A DNA stretch of 64,000 nucleotides from Deltaproteobacteria bacterium (GCA_041299015.1 JBFYWB010000095.1:12275-76274), one strand, 5' to 3'; numbered from the stretch's first letter, positions 27,204 to 38,267 are shown. Numbers and translations are program-made. The notes: generated by a model not told the origin, from the letters alone.

Positions 27204-30200
27204 TCAGATGAGCGATCTATCTCCCAAGTTGCCGTAGCGGTGATAGGCGTTACAGATGCTTTGATTCATGACATAGTGGAGCAGTTCGATGCGGCCTTCC
27301 ATCATGACCGGAGCGCGGGCGATGTAAAATCCGATTTCGGCTGCCGCACGGAAAACCTCCGCCGGCACCCGCCGAGAATCGGCATAGCGGATGCGCTGGA
27401 TATGCGGCAAGAGCCGAATGATGTCCCGATCGGTTTGGCGCTCGAGGACGGTTTCGCCGACCAGTTTTTGGCCTTCCTTCGAGTCCAAAAAAACCGCGGC
27501 CGGGTGGACGGTATCCGGGTGAACGCTGATCAGAAGGTCACAACCGACGATCCTGACCGCAGCGATTCGGGCCAGAACCTCGAACAGGCTGTCCTCCCGA
27601 TCGATTCGCACCATCACGCGGCCGATCGGCCGATAGCGCAGGATGTTGTCCTGACCTCTGAGGTGGAAGTAATCATTTTCAATGGCGAATTCCCGTTCAA
27701 AATGATAGAGGTAGCTCCTGATCGCCCGCACGGTCTTAAGGATATCGGGTGCCGCCTCGGAGAACGCTCCCCAGGTTGCTTTGCGCTGCCACTCATGGGA
27801 AAGACGCAGAAGGGCATGATCCCTTTTGATGGCGCCCACGCGGGGATAGCCAATCTCGTCAAATGTCATGAACTGGGACACGTAGTTCGGGGAACCGGCC
27901 TTGATGGCCGCTCCCAGAGCCGACTTGCCTATTCCGCCGAAGGGTTGGCGCAGCGTAACGGCGCCGGTGGTCCCCCGGTTGATGTAAAGATTGCCGGCAT
28001 TGATCCCTTTTTTCCAGGTTTCCTGCTCACGTCGGTCCAGACTTTCCAGCCCGGAGGTCAGCCCGTAACCGGTGGCGTTGACCAGTTCGATGGCTTGTTC
28101 CAGGTTTTTGGCCGGCATCACGCCCAAGACCGGTCCGAAAAGTTCGGTGGTGTGCGTAAATGAACCAGCCGTGACATCCCACTTGATTCCGGGCGTCCAC
28201 ATGCAAGGGTTGTCGTCTAAGTTGCGCGGTTGCAGGGCCCAGTTTTCACCAGTTTCGAGCTGTTCGATGCCGCGCTTCAGAACTCCGGACGGTGGGCGGA
28301 ACAACGGTCCCATTTTGTTTTTAAAATCCCACGCCGACCCGACGGTGAGGCTTTCGGCGGCGTCCACCAGCTGACGTCTGAAGTTGAGGTCCTCGTAGAC
28401 CTCTTTTTCCAGAATCAGCAGGGAGGTGGCCGAACATTTCTGGCCGCAGTTGCTGAAGGCGGACTGCAGAACGTTCTTGATCGCCTGGTCTCGGTCCGCC
28501 ATGGCGGTGACAATCGTAGCGTTCTTGCCGCCGGTTTCGGCCGACAGGAACAAGCCCGGCTTGGCCGACAGCATGCCCATGCCCGTTTCCGTGCCGCCTG
28601 TGAGAATCACGAAATCCACATCCGGGTGGCTGATCAGTTCCATGCCGATGCTGCCGCCGGAACAGGGCAAAAACTGCAGTGTCCGGCGGGACACACCGGC
28701 CTGCCAAAAGCATCGGCATAGCTGCCAGGCCACCAGCACCGCATCCGATGAAGGCTTGAGGATGACCGTGTTGCCGGCGGCCAGAGCGGCCACCACACCG
28801 CCGCAAGGTATCGCGATCGGAAAATTCCAAGGTGAGATAACACAGCCGACCCCCTTACCGCTGGCCCTGATGTTATCGCGCCCAGCAAAGATTTTGGCCG
28901 AAAAAGGATAGTATTCGGCGAAATCGACGGCCTCGGACACTTCGATGTCTGACTCCGTGAAAACCTTGCCCGTATTGACCGCGGCAGCGCCGATCAAATC
29001 GCCGCGTGAACGCCGTAAAGCCATTGCCACCTTGGAGAGGACCTGATGGCGCTCGTTAAGCGATTTTTGGCGCCACTTGTCCGTGTCGGCCTTAGCCACG
29101 CCGACCGCATTCCGAACGTCCGTCGCCGTGGCTAAGGCGAAGCGGGCGACCACGATGTTTTCACGGTAGCGGGAGGTGTCAATGATGTCGCGCCTCGGGC
29201 GGTCCTCGAAAAGTTCCTGATTGTCGATTACCAGCGGAATCTTAAGCGGCGCATCGCCGGCGCCTTTACACCAACGTTCCCGGATCGCCTCGGCCCACTT
29301 GCGGTTGGACGCCAGGGACCAGTCCGTGTCCGGTTCGTTCGTGAACTCAGCATCGTAGAGCGTGCCCATTTTTTCCGAAAATGTTTCGGTTGCGCGGTCC
29401 TGGATACGATGCGGCGAGCTGCCGACCGAAGGGATCCGCTCGATCGATGCCCGGAAATGTTCTTTGAGAAACGCCCAGGCTTGAGATTGGGTCGACAGGT
29501 TAGGGGCATAGCGCAGGAAATTTTCAGCAGCGGTATTCTCGTCCAGGCGCCGGATGAGGTAAGCGATGGCATTGATGAATTCGTCCTTTGCAGCCACCGG
29601 TGCATACAACAAGACATCGCCGACGGTTTCGCAGAGCGCTCGACGAACGTGGTCCGCCATGCCCTCCAGCATTTCGAAATAAAAATAATCGCCGACCCGG
29701 TGATGCTGTCCCAGCGTATGGGCAAAGGCCAATTCGAACAAGTTATGTGAGGCGATACCGAGGTTGACGGCCCGGATGTTTTGCGGCTGCATGCCGTAAG
29801 CGATCATGCGTTTGTAATTGGCGTCGACATCGAGTTTGTTGTCGTAAGGTGCCAGAGGCCAGTTGAAGATCGCGGATTCCAACTGCTCCATTTCCATGTT
29901 GGCTCCCTTGACGATCCTCAGTTTGATCGGAGCGCCGCCGGCAGCCACCCGTTCGCGGGCCCAGGCGGTGAGATCTTGCTGAATGCCGTAGGAGTCCGGA
30001 ATGTACGCCTGCAGGACGAGACCGGCTGAATATGTCTTGAATTCAGGCTGTTCCAGTGTCCGCTTAAACGCCGTGACGGTAATTTCAAGGTCACGGTATT
30101 CTTCCATGTCCAGGTTGACGAACTTCGGCACACGGGCGCCGTCGCTACGCTCGAAGCCGTTGCTGGCCGCACAACGGTAAAGCTGCGCGAACCGATCGAC

Positions 30201-30806
30201 CAGCACCCCGACACTGTGTTCGAAGGCCAGCGCTTGGATCTGGGAGTAGAGCGTGGAGATCTTAACGGAAATATACTCGATTTCAGGGTTTTCCAGGTCA
30301 GCGATGTAGATTTCCAGGCGTCGGCGTGCCTCGGCCTCGCCCAAAACGGCTTCGCCGAGGTGGTTGATGTTCATGCGCACACCCTGGCGCTTGCGCTTCT
30401 GCAGATGCGCGTGCAATACCTCCGGCTCGCCCGGAATAATCGCCCGGCTGCTGTTTTGACGCATCTTCTCAATCATTTTCGGAACGGTCAACGCCGGAAA
30501 ATGACGGCCGAGTCCAAGGAACATCTGCACCAGCAACCGATCGAATTTCGGAAAAAAATCAGGGACGCCATAGCGACGCAGGATGCTGTTGACCTGGTCC
30601 GCCACCCGGGCAGGATTGTGCGAGCGAAAGCTCTGGTCGATCATCTTGGTCAGAACGACCTTGTCCATGGGATTGGACAAAAGGCGCTGCATCTGCTCCT
30701 GGATGCCCGTTTCTTCTTCGGTCAGCAGCTCATTGGCACGGTTTTGCCACTTCACGGCTGTCTCGATCGCTTTTTCGGCGATAGTTTTCAATTCTGGCTG
30801 ATCCAT
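27204..30806 (-). CDS. putA: bifunctional proline dehydrogenase / L-glutamate-gamma-semialdehyde dehydrogenase (PutA-like, 1200 aa, no N-terminal RHH)
   Basis: PRODH-like N-half (RMNINHLGEAVLGE, YEMLEGMA). ALDH half (ISPWNFPIAIP, GGKNA, FSNCGQKCSA). Long C-terminal domain. Confidence 0.85.
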   Translation of the reverse strand: MDQPELKTIAEKAIETAVKWQNRANELLTEEETGIQEQMQRLLSNPMDKVVLTKMIDQSFRSHNPARVADQVNSILRRYGVPDFFPKFDRLLVQMFLGLGRHFPALTVPKMIEKMRQNSSRAIIPGEPEVLHAHLQKRKRQGVRMNINHLGEAVLGEAEARRRLEIYIADLENPEIEYISVKISTLYSQIQALAFEHSVGVLVDRFAQLYRCAASNGFERSDGARVPKFVNLDMEEYRDLEITVTAFKRTLEQPEFKTYSAGLVLQAYIPDSYGIQQDLTAWARERVAAGGAPIKLRIVKGANMEMEQLESAIFNWPLAPYDNKLDVDANYKRMIAYGMQPQNIRAVNLGIASHNLFELAFAHTLGQHHRVGDYFYFEMLEGMADHVRRALCETVGDVLLYAPVAAKDEFINAIAYLIRRLDENTAAENFLRYAPNLSTQSQAWAFLKEHFRASIERIPSVGSSPHRIQDRATETFSEKMGTLYDAEFTNEPDTDWSLASNRKWAEAIRERWCKGAGDAPLKIPLVIDNQELFEDRPRRDIIDTSRYRENIVVARFALATATDVRNAVGVAKADTDKWRQKSLNERHQVLSKVAMALRRSRGDLIGAAAVNTGKVFTESDIEVSEAVDFAEYYPFSAKIFAGRDNIRASGKGVGCVISPWNFPIAIPCGGVVAALAAGNTVILKPSSDAVLVAWQLCRCFWQAGVSRRTLQFLPCSGGSIGMELISHPDVDFVILTGGTETGMGMLSAKPGLFLSAETGGKNATIVTAMADRDQAIKNVLQSAFSNCGQKCSATSLLILEKEVYEDLNFRRQLVDAAESLTVGSAWDFKNKMGPLFRPPSGVLKRGIEQLETGENWALQPRNLDDNPCMWTPGIKWDVTAGSFTHTTELFGPVLGVMPAKNLEQAIELVNATGYGLTSGLESLDRREQETWKKGINAGNLYINRGTTGAVTLRQPFGGIGKSALGAAIKAGSPNYVSQFMTFDEIGYPRVGAIKRDHALLRLSHEWQRKATWGAFSEAAPDILKTVRAIRSYLYHFEREFAIENDYFHLRGQDNILRYRPIGRVMVRIDREDSLFEVLARIAAVRIVGCDLLISVHPDTVHPAAVFLDSKEGQKLVGETVLERQTDRDIIRLLPHIQRIRYADSRRVPAEVFRAAAEIGFYIARAPVMMEGRIELLHYVMNQSICNAYHRYGNLGDRSLI

Positions 30807-30862
30807 TCGCTCATCTCCTCGCCCGGAGCGGCGGCGCTGAAAGACAGTTGACGGATGATTCG

Positions 30863-30892
30863 AATATAATCATGGATGAGAGGCAATGACAA
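30863..30892 (-). promoter_or_regulatory. candidate sigma-70 promoter of putA
   Basis: On the minus strand: TTGTCA, 17 nt, TTATAT, about 55 nt upstream of ATG 30806. Confidence 0.35.
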
Positions 30893-31021
30893 GACGCGGG
30901 TTCCGATGCGCCGACCACCGGCTAAAGACGGCGCGGCAACGAATCTTCACCCGCCATACAGCGGCGCGGCCCTCAGGCCGCAAGGCGACGGTTTACCGCG
31001 GACGATCGAAAAGACACCCGA

Positions 31022-31729
<708 letters not shown>

Positions 31730-31745
31730 TCTACCGGCCCTCGCT

Positions 31746-32954
31746 TCAGGGTATCCCTGCGATTTCCCTTTCCATTTCGACTTCTTGCGCTTTGCGTTTG
31801 GCCGGCAGCAATCCCTCGGGGCGAAAGACCATCATTGCCGTCATGGCCCCGCCGAACGCGGCCATGCGGTAGAGCGCCAAACCCCTGAACATTTCGGGCA
31901 GAACAATGATCGCAGCCGCACCGATAATGATGCCGGGGATGGACCCCATACCGCCGAGAACCACAATACAGAGTACCAGTGCGGACTCCAGAAAGATAAA
32001 CGAACTCGGGTTGACGTAGCGCACCTTGGCCGCGAAAAATGCACCGGCAAACCCGGCGAAGATGGCTCCCAGCATGTAGGCGTACAGTTTCATGCGGGTC
32101 GTGTGGATACCGGTCAACTCGGCGGCGGTTTCGTCCTCCCTGACAGCCATCCAGGCCCGCCCGATGCGGGAAGTGTTCAACCGATAAACGGCCAGCATGA
32201 TCAGCAGCGCTATGGCCAGAATCAGATAATACATCCAGACGAGGTTCTTCATGTAAAGGTGGGCGAACTGAACGCTGCCGTTTTCAACGACGGGATAGAA
32301 CATCCCCGGTGCTTTAATGCCCAGTATGCCGTTGGGCCCCTTGGTCACCTTGTCCCAGTTGTTCAGCACGATGCGGATGATCTCACCGAACCCCAGGGTG
32401 ACAATGGCCAGGTAGTCTCCGCGCATTTTCAGGGTGGGGTAGCCGATAAAGGCACCGACACACGCACTGATCACACATCCCACCGGCAGCGCCAGCCAGA
32501 AGGGGACCCCGAAATTGGTGTTCAGCAGGGCATAGGTATAGGCTCCGACGGCGTAAAAAGCGATGTATCCGAGGTCGAGTAGACCGGCCAGACCGACGAC
32601 GATGTTCAAGCCGAGGCCCAGAGAAACATATATCAAGACGTTGATGGCAATATCGCGTCCGTAGTTGTCGGCGATCCAGGGCAGGGCCAGCACCCCCAGC
32701 ACCCCCAGACCGATCAGCAGCCTCCGCGGCGGTCGAAATTGAGTGGATGCATCAAATATCTTGGGCCTGAAAGACAGCCCTTTCAGCAAATAGTGGTAGA
32801 TCAGCACCAGCATCCCGGCCGCGGTAATGACCGCCATTACTCTCAGAACCCGATCCCATACGAATCGACCCTCCTCGATGCCCAGCATCGGAAACAGAAG
32901 AATAAAAGCCCAGATCAGGACGATGACGAATTTCAGCAATGGCCTCGGTGACAT
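31746..32954 (-). CDS. livM: branched-chain amino acid ABC transporter permease (second system)
   Basis: GLAGLLDLGYIAFYAVGAY, GDYLAIVTLGFGEIIR. Start taken at MSPRPLL, 1 nt after the livH stop. Confidence 0.85.
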   Translation of the reverse strand: MSPRPLLKFVIVLIWAFILLFPMLGIEEGRFVWDRVLRVMAVITAAGMLVLIYHYLLKGLSFRPKIFDASTQFRPPRRLLIGLGVLGVLALPWIADNYGRDIAINVLIYVSLGLGLNIVVGLAGLLDLGYIAFYAVGAYTYALLNTNFGVPFWLALPVGCVISACVGAFIGYPTLKMRGDYLAIVTLGFGEIIRIVLNNWDKVTKGPNGILGIKAPGMFYPVVENGSVQFAHLYMKNLVWMYYLILAIALLIMLAVYRLNTSRIGRAWMAVREDETAAELTGIHTTRMKLYAYMLGAIFAGFAGAFFAAKVRYVNPSSFIFLESALVLCIVVLGGMGSIPGIIIGAAAIIVLPEMFRGLALYRMAAFGGAMTAMMVFRPEGLLPAKRKAQEVEMEREIAGIP

Positions 32955-32955
32955 A

Positions 32956-33867
32956 CTACACCCTGGTATCGTCCACCTGCTCACCCATGATGCCGGTGGG
33001 TCTGAAGTAAAGCACGAGAATCAGGATAATAAAGGCAAACACGTCTTTGTATTCGCTGGCCAGGTATCCGGCGGCAAAAATTTCGACCATTCCGATGATC
33101 ATGCCCCCCAGCATGGCGCCGGTGAGGTTGCCGATTCCGCCAAGCACGGCCGCCGAAAAAGCCTTGATGCCCGGAATAAACCCCATGTCGAACCGGACCG
33201 ATCCGTAATAGAGACCGACCATGACCCCGGCGGCGGCCGCCAGTGCGGCTCCGATGACGAAGGTGGTCACGATGGTCTTGTTGGCGTTGATACCGAGAAT
33301 GGCGCTCATGACCCGATCCTGGGCCGTGGATCGCATGGCTTTTCCCAACCGGGTCCGGTTGACGAACAGATTCAGGCCGATCATGAGCAGCACTGAGCCG
33401 ATGATAATGAAGACCTGCATGCTGGTGACGATGACACCGCCGACTTCAAACCCGCCGGAGGTGAAAAAATGTGGATAGGCCTTGTCGTAAACTCCCTGGG
33501 AAAGCATCATGCCGTTGGATAGAAAAATCGACATCCCGAGCGCCGAAAGCAGCAGGGAAAGCCGGCTGGCCCTGCGCAGCGGGCGGTAAGCGACGGTTTC
33601 AAGTGCGACCGCCAGGAAAGCGCAGTAAATCATGGCCAGAAGAAAGGCCAGCAGGAGTCCCAGGAAGGGGTGCGTCTCGAGAACCCCCCTGGCCTGCATG
33701 AAGGAAAGGACAATCACCCCGATATAGCCGCCTGCGGTGAAAATTTCGCCATGGGCAAAGTTGATCAACTGGATGATGCCGTAAACCATCGTGTAGCCGA
33801 GGGCGATCAGGGCATATATCGACCCCAAGGTGAGTCCGTTGATGATCTGCTGGAAGAAGACCTCCAC
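32956..33867 (-). CDS. livH: branched-chain amino acid ABC transporter permease (second system)
   Basis: GSIYALIALGYTMVYGIIQLINFAHGE. Confidence 0.9.
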   Translation of the reverse strand: MEVFFQQIINGLTLGSIYALIALGYTMVYGIIQLINFAHGEIFTAGGYIGVIVLSFMQARGVLETHPFLGLLLAFLLAMIYCAFLAVALETVAYRPLRRASRLSLLLSALGMSIFLSNGMMLSQGVYDKAYPHFFTSGGFEVGGVIVTSMQVFIIIGSVLLMIGLNLFVNRTRLGKAMRSTAQDRVMSAILGINANKTIVTTFVIGAALAAAAGVMVGLYYGSVRFDMGFIPGIKAFSAAVLGGIGNLTGAMLGGMIIGMVEIFAAGYLASEYKDVFAFIILILVLYFRPTGIMGEQVDDTRV

Positions 33868-33966
33868 GAGCGGCTCCCGAATGACGGTAAGGGGCCTATC
33901 GGCCCGGGTGACGGTCGGGCCCGATAGGCCGTTATTCTGAGAAATTGCGGCTTCGCCGGATGGGGG

Positions 33967-35076
33967 TTACTTGTAAGGGACGAATTTCCCGTCTTTGACC
34001 ACCAGGACCTGATACGTCGAACCACTGTCGCCCTTGGCGTCGAAGCTGATTTTCTTGGACGCGCCCTGCACATTGGTGGCCCGGATCGCTTCGGCCAGTT
34101 TGTCCGGATCGTCCGCACCCACCTTGGCGATGGCCGCAAGGAGGATATTGGCCGCATCGTAGGCGTAGGACGAATAGGAGCCCGGTTGACCGTATTTCTT
34201 GGTGTAGGCGTCCATGAAGCCCTTGACCTCGGGGATGTCCTCTGAAGGCGGCTGGCCGAAGGTAAAGTAAGTCCCCTCTCCGGCATCCTTGGCGATCTCG
34301 AGGTAGTTCGGATGGTAGACCGCATCTTCGGACATCAAGGTGGCCCTGAGCCCCAAACGTTTGGCCTGGATAGCCATCAAGTTGCCTTCCGGATTGTAGA
34401 GGCTCATGTAGAGCACATCCGGGTCGGCGGCTTTGATTTTCGTCAAAATGCCCGAAAAGTCCTTGTCGCCCTGATTGATATGTTCACGGGCCACCACTTT
34501 GACCTTGCCGCCCAGCTCTTTTTCCAGATTGTCCGCCAGTCCCTGGGTGTAGGTGGTTTTGTCGTCGACGATGGCGATGGTCTTGATCTTGAGATCGTCA
34601 ATTAAAAACTCGGCGGCGGCTTTGGACTGATCGTCGTCCCGACCGCAGACCCGGAACATGTACTTATATCCCCTATCCGTGACCTTTTCGTTGGTGGAAG
34701 CCGGGGTGAGCATCACTATCTTAGCGTCGTTGAGTACGTCGGATGCCGGAATAGTGGCCGAAGAACAATAGGCTCCGATCACGCCGGCGACTTCGAGGTT
34801 GGCCAGTTTGTTGGCGGCCGAAACGGCCTGTTTCCCATCACAGCCGGAATCCTGTGGAAGGTATTCGATCTTATCGAACCCCGGCACGCCGCCCTTGGCT
34901 TCCCACATGGCAATGGCGATCTCGACACCCTGGCGGATGTCGTTTCCGTCGGCCGCATATTGGCCCGTCAATGGACTCAAGGAACCGATCTTGAGTGTTT
35001 TGGCCATTGCCAGGCACGGCGAGAGAATCAAACCGACAGTCAGCATCAGTCCAATCAACATTTTAAGCGCTTTCAT
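33967..35076 (-). CDS. ABC transporter substrate-binding protein, LivJ/K family (second system)
   Basis: Signal peptide MKALKMLIGLMLTVGLILSPCLAMA, then KTLKIGSLSPLTGQYAADG. Confidence 0.85.
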   Translation of the reverse strand: MKALKMLIGLMLTVGLILSPCLAMAKTLKIGSLSPLTGQYAADGNDIRQGVEIAIAMWEAKGGVPGFDKIEYLPQDSGCDGKQAVSAANKLANLEVAGVIGAYCSSATIPASDVLNDAKIVMLTPASTNEKVTDRGYKYMFRVCGRDDDQSKAAAEFLIDDLKIKTIAIVDDKTTYTQGLADNLEKELGGKVKVVAREHINQGDKDFSGILTKIKAADPDVLYMSLYNPEGNLMAIQAKRLGLRATLMSEDAVYHPNYLEIAKDAGEGTYFTFGQPPSEDIPEVKGFMDAYTKKYGQPGSYSSYAYDAANILLAAIAKVGADDPDKLAEAIRATNVQGASKKISFDAKGDSGSTYQVLVVKDGKFVPYK

Positions 35077-35100
35077 TTCCTACCTCCTTTGTTGTGAGTT

Positions 35101-35114
35101 GACCATTAATGGTC
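35101..35114. promoter_or_regulatory. 14-nt perfect palindrome (candidate operator) upstream of the second binding-protein gene
   Basis: GACCATTAATGGTC, 24 nt upstream of ATG 35076. It overlaps a second small hairpin GGTCC-TGC-GGACC (35111-35123). Confidence 0.25.
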
Positions 35115-35213
35115 CTGCGGACCACCGCGGTGCATGAACATCATATTTCCGTGCTAAACCGCATGAAAAATAAACGGCATCATAAACTGCAGGCACGCAG
35201 GGAGGCACCCCGG

Positions 35214-35981
35214 TCATGAATTGGCCTGCTTGCCCAAATAGGCTTCGATGACGTGCGGGTCCCGGCGGATTTCAGCCGGCGTGCCCTCGGCGATTTTACG
35301 CCCGTAATCGAGCACGACGATTCGGTGACAAATCCCCATGACGACACGCATATCGTGTTCCACCAGCAAAATATTGATGCCGCGGCCGAGCAAGGATTCG
35401 ATCAGACGCATCAAATTCAGGGATTCGTTGGGGTTCATGCCGGCAGCCGGTTCGTCGAGAAGAATCGTCCCCGGGTCGGTTGCCAGCGCCCTGGCGATTT
35501 CCAGCCTGCGCTGAAAGCCGTAGGCAAGATTGGCGGCCATTTCGTGACGCCATTCATACAGTTTTAGAAAGTCGAGGATGGCCTCGGCTTTTTGCCGGCT
35601 CGACCGTTCTTCCTCGGCCTGGAAACGGGTTCGGAATATGGCATCGATAATGCTGCTTTTTGTGCGGCAGTGAAGTCCGGCCAACACGTTTTCAAGCACC
35701 GTCATGGCCTTGAAGAGGCGGATGTTCTGAAAGGTCCGGGCGATACCGTTGGCGACGATTTCATGGGGATGAAGGCGGTTGAGTTTTTTATTCCGGTAGG
35801 TAATCTCGCCGTTATTGGGTGTATACACCCCCGTAATCAGGTTGAAAACAGTGGTTTTACCGGCGCCGTTGGGACCGATAAGACCGAGAATCTCACCTTT
35901 TCTGAGTGTCATGTCAAGACTATCGACTGCCTTTAGGCCGCCGAAATTCTTGGCCACCTTTTCAAGCGCCAATTCACCCAT
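35214..35981 (-). CDS. livG: branched-chain amino acid ABC transporter ATP-binding protein (second system)
   Basis: GPNGAGKTT, LAYGFQRRLEIARAL, ILLDEPAAG. Confidence 0.9.
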   Translation of the reverse strand: MGELALEKVAKNFGGLKAVDSLDMTLRKGEILGLIGPNGAGKTTVFNLITGVYTPNNGEITYRNKKLNRLHPHEIVANGIARTFQNIRLFKAMTVLENVLAGLHCRTKSSIIDAIFRTRFQAEEERSSRQKAEAILDFLKLYEWRHEMAANLAYGFQRRLEIARALATDPGTILLDEPAAGMNPNESLNLMRLIESLLGRGINILLVEHDMRVVMGICHRIVVLDYGRKIAEGTPAEIRRDPHVIEAYLGKQANS

Positions 35982-36145
35982 TGCCTGTCGATCGTACCCG
36001 CAGCCATCTGTTTCTTGCCATCCAAGACAAGTCGGAAAAGGGTGGATGATCTTAAAACCGAATTGGATTCACCCCTATACAATTAGAATTTTAATCCTGT
36101 CAACCGATTTAATTTAGCGTTTAAAAGGTTAAAACCGTTAAGATT

Positions 36146-37054
36146 TTAAATCTGGTTCACTTCGGGCTCATTTTTTATCGCGGCCTTCGCGGTCGTTCCC
36201 AAATAGATCGCCGTCAGGGAGAGGGCCGCACCGACGGCGCCGAAGAGGTCGGTTTCTCGGTTAAAAAAAAGAATATCCCAGGCGAAGGAAAGCGCCGGCT
36301 GCAGGAGGATCAGCAAGCCGACGAGAGAAGACCGCAGGCGGGCCAGGCCTTTTGTTATCAGGACCCAACCGATGACCTGACTTAAAAGTCCGTAGGCGGC
36401 CAACGCGAAAAGGCTTTGCCGGTCAGGAATGGCAAAGGGGTCGTTTTGCAGCCATGCCGCCAAGCCGAGGAGAAGCGCGGAAACCATTGAGATGACGGCC
36501 AGATTGGCCATTGCGGAGGGTGCCTTTTTTTGTGACTGCAGTTTGCGCAGGGCCAGCAGGTAAACGGCATAGCAGACGGCAGTCGCCAGGCCCAAAACGA
36601 CGCCCAGGCGGTAGGTTTCGCCCAACTGACGCCAGTTAATCCCGGCCAGCAGAAAAAGACCCAGAAACGCCAGCGGTATCGCCGCCATGGTCCGTATTGC
36701 GACTGGTTCACGCAGGACCAGAACTCCGTATAGGGCCAGCAGAAATACCTGGAAGTTTGCCAGAATAGTGGCCAGGCCCGGTCCGACGTAGTGGATGGAT
36801 ATGTGCCAGAAAAAAAGATCGAGTGAGAAAACGCCGCCGCAGAAAATGCCGAGAAAAAAAAAGGAAGCTCCCCTCCACAGGGCTTCCCGCCTAATCCCCA
36901 AAATGATGAGCAGCATAATGCCGCCGAAGAAGGTTCGGTAGAACCCGGCCATGGTCGGGCTTACGTGGGCCAGTTTGACGAACACGGCCGAAAAACTGAT
37001 GAGCACCGCACCTGTCGCCACCATCACGGCCCCGGATGTCTCGGTACTTTTCAA
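36146..37054 (-). CDS. DMT-superfamily (EamA-like) transporter
   Basis: 302 aa with about 10 TM helices and two EamA-like repeats. Confidence 0.75.
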   Translation of the reverse strand: MKSTETSGAVMVATGAVLISFSAVFVKLAHVSPTMAGFYRTFFGGIMLLIILGIRREALWRGASFFFLGIFCGGVFSLDLFFWHISIHYVGPGLATILANFQVFLLALYGVLVLREPVAIRTMAAIPLAFLGLFLLAGINWRQLGETYRLGVVLGLATAVCYAVYLLALRKLQSQKKAPSAMANLAVISMVSALLLGLAAWLQNDPFAIPDRQSLFALAAYGLLSQVIGWVLITKGLARLRSSLVGLLILLQPALSFAWDILFFNRETDLFGAVGAALSLTAIYLGTTAKAAIKNEPEVNQI

Positions 37055-37115
37055 CAGCGACCTGTCGATAAAGGGCGAAAAAATCGTTTTTGTCAGAAAT
37101 GTCAGCGGTGCTCGG

Positions 37116-38267
37116 TTATTTCACGACCAAATCCAGCGGTCGCCGTGAAAGTGCCTCGCAGCCGGCATTTGTCACCGTCACCGTGTGCCCGAAACACATG
37201 GCGTGGCCAGTGTCGCTGTCCATCAGTATCATGTGCAGGAAAAACACCATGCCGGCCGCGGCCGGCACCGGGTTGCCGTGGTAAACCATCGGCCAGTCCA
37301 TCCAGTTGGGCGCAAATACGGCGCCCAGACCGTAGCCGGTGGCATTTAGCCTGTGCTCCCGCATACCGGCCGCGTCACAGGTGCGGGCGTAGGCATCGAA
37401 GACTTCTCCGATGGGGCGCCCCGGTTTCAGGACCTCCATGCAGGCCTGCATGGCTTCCAGGGTAACGGCGTGCATGCTCCGGTGACGGTCCGTGGCCCGG
37501 CCGATCGGGATCGTTCGCATCATGGCGGCATGATAGTGCCGAAAGGCTCCGGCCCATTCCAGCGTGAGTTGATCCTGGCGATCGAGCTTTCGACGACCGG
37601 CCTTGTAACGGCAGAGCAGCGCGTCGTGGCCGGAACCGATGATAAACTCGTTGCCCGGATAATCCCCGCCGCCGGCGAAAATCGCCCCCTGCATGGCCGC
37701 CAGAATGTCGCCCTCGTCGGCGCCCGGCCCGGTCAGGCGATGCGCCTGGTCGAGGGCCAGATCCGCCAGTTCCGCGGCTCTGCTCACGAAAACCATCTCG
37801 GCCGGGCTTTTCACGACCCGCAGCCGGTTGACCAGGTCGGATGCGTCCTCGAGCGTGCAGAATCCGGCCAGTTCAGCCTCCAGGGATTTTCCGTTCTTGG
37901 CCGTCAGGCCGTAGGCATCATATTCCACGCCCAGTCTCTGCCCCCTGCAGTTGAATCCGGCCAGAATGTCCCTGAGGTGACGGGCCGGGTTGGCATCCGG
38001 GGCGTCCACCCAAATGCGAATATCTTGGATCACCGACGTGTGTCGGGCCTGGCGCAGATCCGGGGCGCGGGTCAACAGCATCAGACGGCCGTCCGCCCCG
38101 AGGAAGAGACATTGGAAAAAAACAAACCCGAAGGAGTCGTAGCCCGTCAGATAGAACATGCTTTCCTGCCTGAACATCAGCAGACCGTCCAGACCGCGCG
38201 CGGTCATCTCATCGACCGTCCTTCGGCGCCGTTCGGCAAATTCATCTTCCGAAAAATGCAAAGCCAT
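37116..38267 (-). CDS. M24-fold (creatinase/prolidase-like) hydrolase with non-canonical metal-ligand positions
   Basis: Creatinase/prolidase N-domain (LLMFRQESMFYLTGYD) and pita-bread C-domain (VKSPAEM). By motif alignment, the canonical D, D, H, E, E ligand positions read E, A, Y, H, G. Confidence 0.65.
   Translation of the reverse strand: MALHFSEDEFAERRRRTVDEMTARGLDGLLMFRQESMFYLTGYDSFGFVFFQCLFLGADGRLMLLTRAPDLRQARHTSVIQDIRIWVDAPDANPARHLRDILAGFNCRGQRLGVEYDAYGLTAKNGKSLEAELAGFCTLEDASDLVNRLRVVKSPAEMVFVSRAAELADLALDQAHRLTGPGADEGDILAAMQGAIFAGGGDYPGNEFIIGSGHDALLCRYKAGRRKLDRQDQLTLEWAGAFRHYHAAMMRTIPIGRATDRHRSMHAVTLEAMQACMEVLKPGRPIGEVFDAYARTCDAAGMREHRLNATGYGLGAVFAPNWMDWPMVYHGNPVPAAAGMVFFLHMILMDSDTGHAMCFGHTVTVTNAGCEALSRRPLDLVVK

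Noticed and set aside
26925-28163. 412-aa plus-strand ORF
   Set aside because: It is antisense to the 3' part of putA and to the isochorismatase-like gene. It has no motifs and looks like a GC-driven open frame.
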